Positions 61,049-64,000 of a stretch of 64,000 nucleotides of DNA are shown piece after piece; the stretch's first letter is position 1; each line of letters starts with the position of its first letter. The stretch is from Nitrosopumilus sp. (GTDB lineage Archaea > Thermoproteota > Nitrososphaeria > Nitrososphaerales > Nitrosopumilaceae), in the NCBI GenBank assembly GCA_965223425.1, contig OZ245003.1:864001-928000 (forward strand). The letters run 5' to 3'. The position numbers and the translations under genes are program-made. The notes beneath the pieces are model-generated. The model made no database searches, was not told the DNA's origin, and saw only the letters and a program-made list of their open reading frames with translations.

Positions 61049-61785
61049 CAGCGGCCCTGACTTTTCTCTGGGGGTCCGGAAAATGTGGAATTGCCTGCTT
61101 GATTCAAAGAAGTCGCACCTGCATAATCTAGCAGCTCAAAGGTAAACATTACTGGCGGATCATCTGTGTTCCAAAACGGATTATATGCAATTGCAGTGAT
61201 TGGAAATGCAACGTCTTGCGATATCATAAATGTGCTTTGCTCAAAGATGCCGTACTGTATTGCAGATACGTCAAGTGTGTTGCCGTTTTGCAGCTCGATG
61301 CTGTCCTCAAAGCTTACCACAAGCTTGTCTCCGCTATACAGGGACGGTGAGACATCTCCCCAGACGGCTCCAACCTTTAGATGCTTTGGGGAATGCGGAG
61401 ATGCAAACTGTGCAATGTAAAAGATCGTCTCTTCAATGGAACGTGCGACATCCCTTCCTGCAAACGTGCTAACCTTCATCGTGTCTGAATCCAACAAAAA
61501 TATGTAGTGTGCAACTGCATTATCAACTGTGACTTCTGCTTGAACTATCCAGTAGCTTTTGTTTTCAGAAAATAGTTCTGCATAAAAATCCATTCTTATC
61601 TGGTAGCACTCATGCACTACTGATTGCGAGTCGCACACATGATACGTAAAAAAATCTCCCGGTATGATTGACTTTCCTGCATGCCACATGTCTGCTAAAT
61701 AATATGCAGCAATGTCGTCTGCATCATATGCAAATGCAGGTGTTACACATGCAATCAATACAGGTATCGCATAAACGTATCTCAT
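61048..61785 (-). CDS. Secreted hypothetical protein
   Basis: Signal peptide ending PAFA; 245 aa. Confidence 0.65.
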   Translation of the reverse strand: MRYVYAIPVLIACVTPAFAYDADDIAAYYLADMWHAGKSIIPGDFFTYHVCDSQSVVHECYQIRMDFYAELFSENKSYWIVQAEVTVDNAVAHYIFLLDSDTMKVSTFAGRDVARSIEETIFYIAQFASPHSPKHLKVGAVWGDVSPSLYSGDKLVVSFEDSIELQNGNTLDVSAIQYGIFEQSTFMISQDVAFPITAIAYNPFWNTDDPPVMFTFELLDYAGATSLNQAGNSTFSGPPEKSQGR

Positions 61786-61830
61786 AAAAATAAAATGGGG
61801 TTTTTGGTTAAAAGAACAGTTTCTAATCTT

Positions 61831-62064
61831 TTATTTCCATTCTTGGTATCCGTCCAGAGTCCATACCTTCCAGCCTTTTTTGGCAAGCCTGCCATTAAAG
61901 ATCATCACCTTGCATCTGCGGCAAATCTTGATTGGTATGTTCTCCCTTTTTCGCTTCTCAAGTCTAACCAAAATACTTGGGGTGTTCAATGAGGCGATTT
62001 GGCATTCTGGACACCTGGGAGAATCATCCCGGCCATGTGTATTACTCGTCTCTTTATTTTTCAT
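61831..62064 (-). CDS. Small Zn-finger protein
   Basis: CPEC...CRRC. Confidence 0.55.
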   Translation of the reverse strand: MKNKETSNTHGRDDSPRCPECQIASLNTPSILVRLEKRKRENIPIKICRRCKVMIFNGRLAKKGWKVWTLDGYQEWK

Positions 62065-62656
62065 TATTACCGTACTGTACGGTACAGATCGATAAAAGCC
62101 TTATGTGCAGTTTGCCGTTTGCAAATGTCCCAATTGATGCAGAACAAAGAATAGAGGCAAGACCCCATGCATTCTAGATCGGATTTTGTGAGTTATCCAC
62201 TGACATGCATACCAAGCCAGCATTTCATTCAAGCTCAGATGGACTGGCAGAATATTCGAAAAATCCAAAAACGCCAAAAGAGATAATCAAGGGTTGAGAA
62301 AAATTCCGCATCCCTGACTTGCACTTTTGGTATTTTTTATTTGCAGTTCCCGTCTGAGAAAACAATATCCTGGCTGACTTGAAATTTTGGGCCTTTTATT
62401 TGAGGGCATATTTGATGCCGTGTCCAAAAATCCAAAACTGTCATTGTTTGAGGAGCTTGCAAGGGAGATGCTTGAAAATATCTGCAAGAGCCGCAGACCC
62501 TGCCATATGCCTGGCAGCTAGGACAGGCTACTGCCTTTTAAAATACTGCAGATAGCATGTCATGGATGAAACAGTAACAATTTCAAAAAAGTCATTCCAA
62601 GCCATACAGGAATTCATTATGCAGTGTGTAAAGAAGATAGATGAGATAGAAGAGGA

Positions 62657-62765
62657 CCTGCAGTGGCCCAAAGACATTACATGAGATTGCAAGCTCATGC
62701 AATGGCCATGCCAATTTCGATCATTGCGCCTGCAGTAGCTCAAAGACATTACATGAGATTGCAAA
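62657..62765 (+). CRISPR. CRISPR-like mini-array (37-bp repeat, 35-bp spacer, 37-bp repeat)
   Basis: cctgcagt(g/a)gc(c/t)caaagacattacatgagattgcaa(g/a) twice; 3' ATTGCAAG end; no cas genes in the window. Confidence 0.5.
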
Positions 62766-62902
62766 GGGCCACACCTCCAAAAATATTTTTTGCTGATTAT
62801 GATGTGGTTGCAAGTATTATTGTAAATGAGATCCCTGGCAGTCAATTTGCCCCAAACTGCATCTGTCTGCAGAAAATTCTGATACGAACCGTGCAGATAT
62901 AA

Positions 62903-64000
62903 TCAGATCGTATCTTCCTTGCAGACAGATGCATCCATATTTTTTATCATATGCAAGATTCCTGTTTCCTCTAGTTTGTCTCTAAGATCCCTGAGCTCCT
63001 TTAAATCCTGCATCATCTTTACGTTTGCAACAGACTGGAGCTTTTGATTCTGGCGTGCCTCCTTCTTGGTTGTTTCAAGCTCAGTCTTTAGACGAATGTC
63101 ATCAGATATTGTAAGATATGGGATTGCCTTTTGATATTCTGGGAATCGCTCAAAGTCTTCTTCTACGTATCTCTCATAGTTTTTCTCAAGGCCTACCCTG
63201 TGGCCCATCATGTCTTCCTTGTCTAGATAATTTACCTTTGCACGGCGCAACATCGTGTTGAAATATTTTCTAAAGCCATGATCAAGTTTTACTGCATGTC
63301 TCTTTCGTCCGGGTGGCAGTGGCAGTCTCAATCCTGCCTCCCTTGCAAGCATATCTACTCTTTTTCTTACTCCTTTTTGCATTAATCTCTTCATGCAGAT
63401 TTGATCAGTTGATCTTAACAATGGATTGTTAGGTTTTGGATATTCGGTGAGGTCGTTTTTCCACTTTTCTCTGTACGCCCACAAATATCCACATGCCTCC
63501 GGTGTGATAAATGTCCAGTAGCTTTCAGGGTCTCCGCGATACACCAGCAGTGCCGCTCCTTTGAATGTATCATCCTCGTGTCTGAAAAAAACTACATCCT
63601 GCCACGTAAAGTAATCCCATGACTCTAGTCTAAACCCTGCAGAAGAAAACATGGTCAAAATTACCTTGTCTGTAAGGTCATGTGCAAGTGACAGCATCTT
63701 TTGGATCTCTTCTCTGGTGTACGCCCTGTCTTGAGAGTTTACAGGTCTTGGATACAGGTGATACAAACGCTTCCAATGCAGTGCGGCATCGTTTGTATCA
63801 AGTAAAACTTTGATTGGCTTGACATAGTTTGGAATTGTGTTGGGACTAATACTGCCCTGTTCTACTAGTTTGACATAATGTTTGATGTATTCAGAAATAA
63901 TGTTGGTACCAATTATGCTGTGAGACTTGCACAACAACACAAAACATTCGGCTTGTGACTCTACAGTCTCATTTGGAATTTTACTGCTCAATTCCTCGTA
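62903..64000 (-). CDS. Tyrosine recombinase/integrase, 5' end beyond the window
   Basis: SAGFRLE, HGFRKYF, MMGH, catalytic Tyr region NYER; frame stays open to the window edge. Confidence 0.9.
   Translation of the reverse strand, partial: YEELSSKIPNETVESQAECFVLLCKSHSIIGTNIISEYIKHYVKLVEQGSISPNTIPNYVKPIKVLLDTNDAALHWKRLYHLYPRPVNSQDRAYTREEIQKMLSLAHDLTDKVILTMFSSAGFRLESWDYFTWQDVVFFRHEDDTFKGAALLVYRGDPESYWTFITPEACGYLWAYREKWKNDLTEYPKPNNPLLRSTDQICMKRLMQKGVRKRVDMLAREAGLRLPLPPGRKRHAVKLDHGFRKYFNTMLRRAKVNYLDKEDMMGHRVGLEKNYERYVEEDFERFPEYQKAIPYLTISDDIRLKTELETTKKEARQNQKLQSVANVKMMQDLKELRDLRDKLEETGILHMIKNMDASVCKEDTI

Noticed and set aside
62800-62840. Possible third degenerate repeat of the mini-array
   Set aside because: Only short patches (ttgca, atgagat) match and the spacing is inconsistent

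Overview
Accessory region of an archaeal genome, most likely Nitrososphaerota/Nitrosopumilaceae (CFI-box-type C-terminal protein, TFB paralog, class III signal-peptide pilins, apparently leaderless genes behind TATA boxes). It looks like part of a large integrative conjugative element (ICE). 1-18 kb is a defence island: DNA phosphorothioation genes dndB-C-D-E-A followed by a pbeABCD-like module, plus extra HNH and Mrr-like nucleases. 18-64 kb is a transfer backbone: VirD4-like coupling ATPase with a C-terminal wHTH/nuclease-like extension, VirB4, VirB6-, VirB2- and PrgI-like proteins, a full type IV pilus set (ATPase, TadC-like platform, prepilin peptidase, pilins), large surface proteins, a ParM-like ATPase, a TFB paralog and a tyrosine integrase cut by the window edge. 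Cargo includes two metalloprotease + partner modules, an NTPase pair, an ISH3-like IS, an IS6-family element carrying a methylase-HNH gene (8-bp TSD), a DUF3800-like gene followed by a structured RNA, a degenerate tRNA-like gene, a repeat/hairpin non-coding region and a two-repeat CRISPR-like mini-array beside the integrase. All family calls come from motif recognition by eye; no searches were run.
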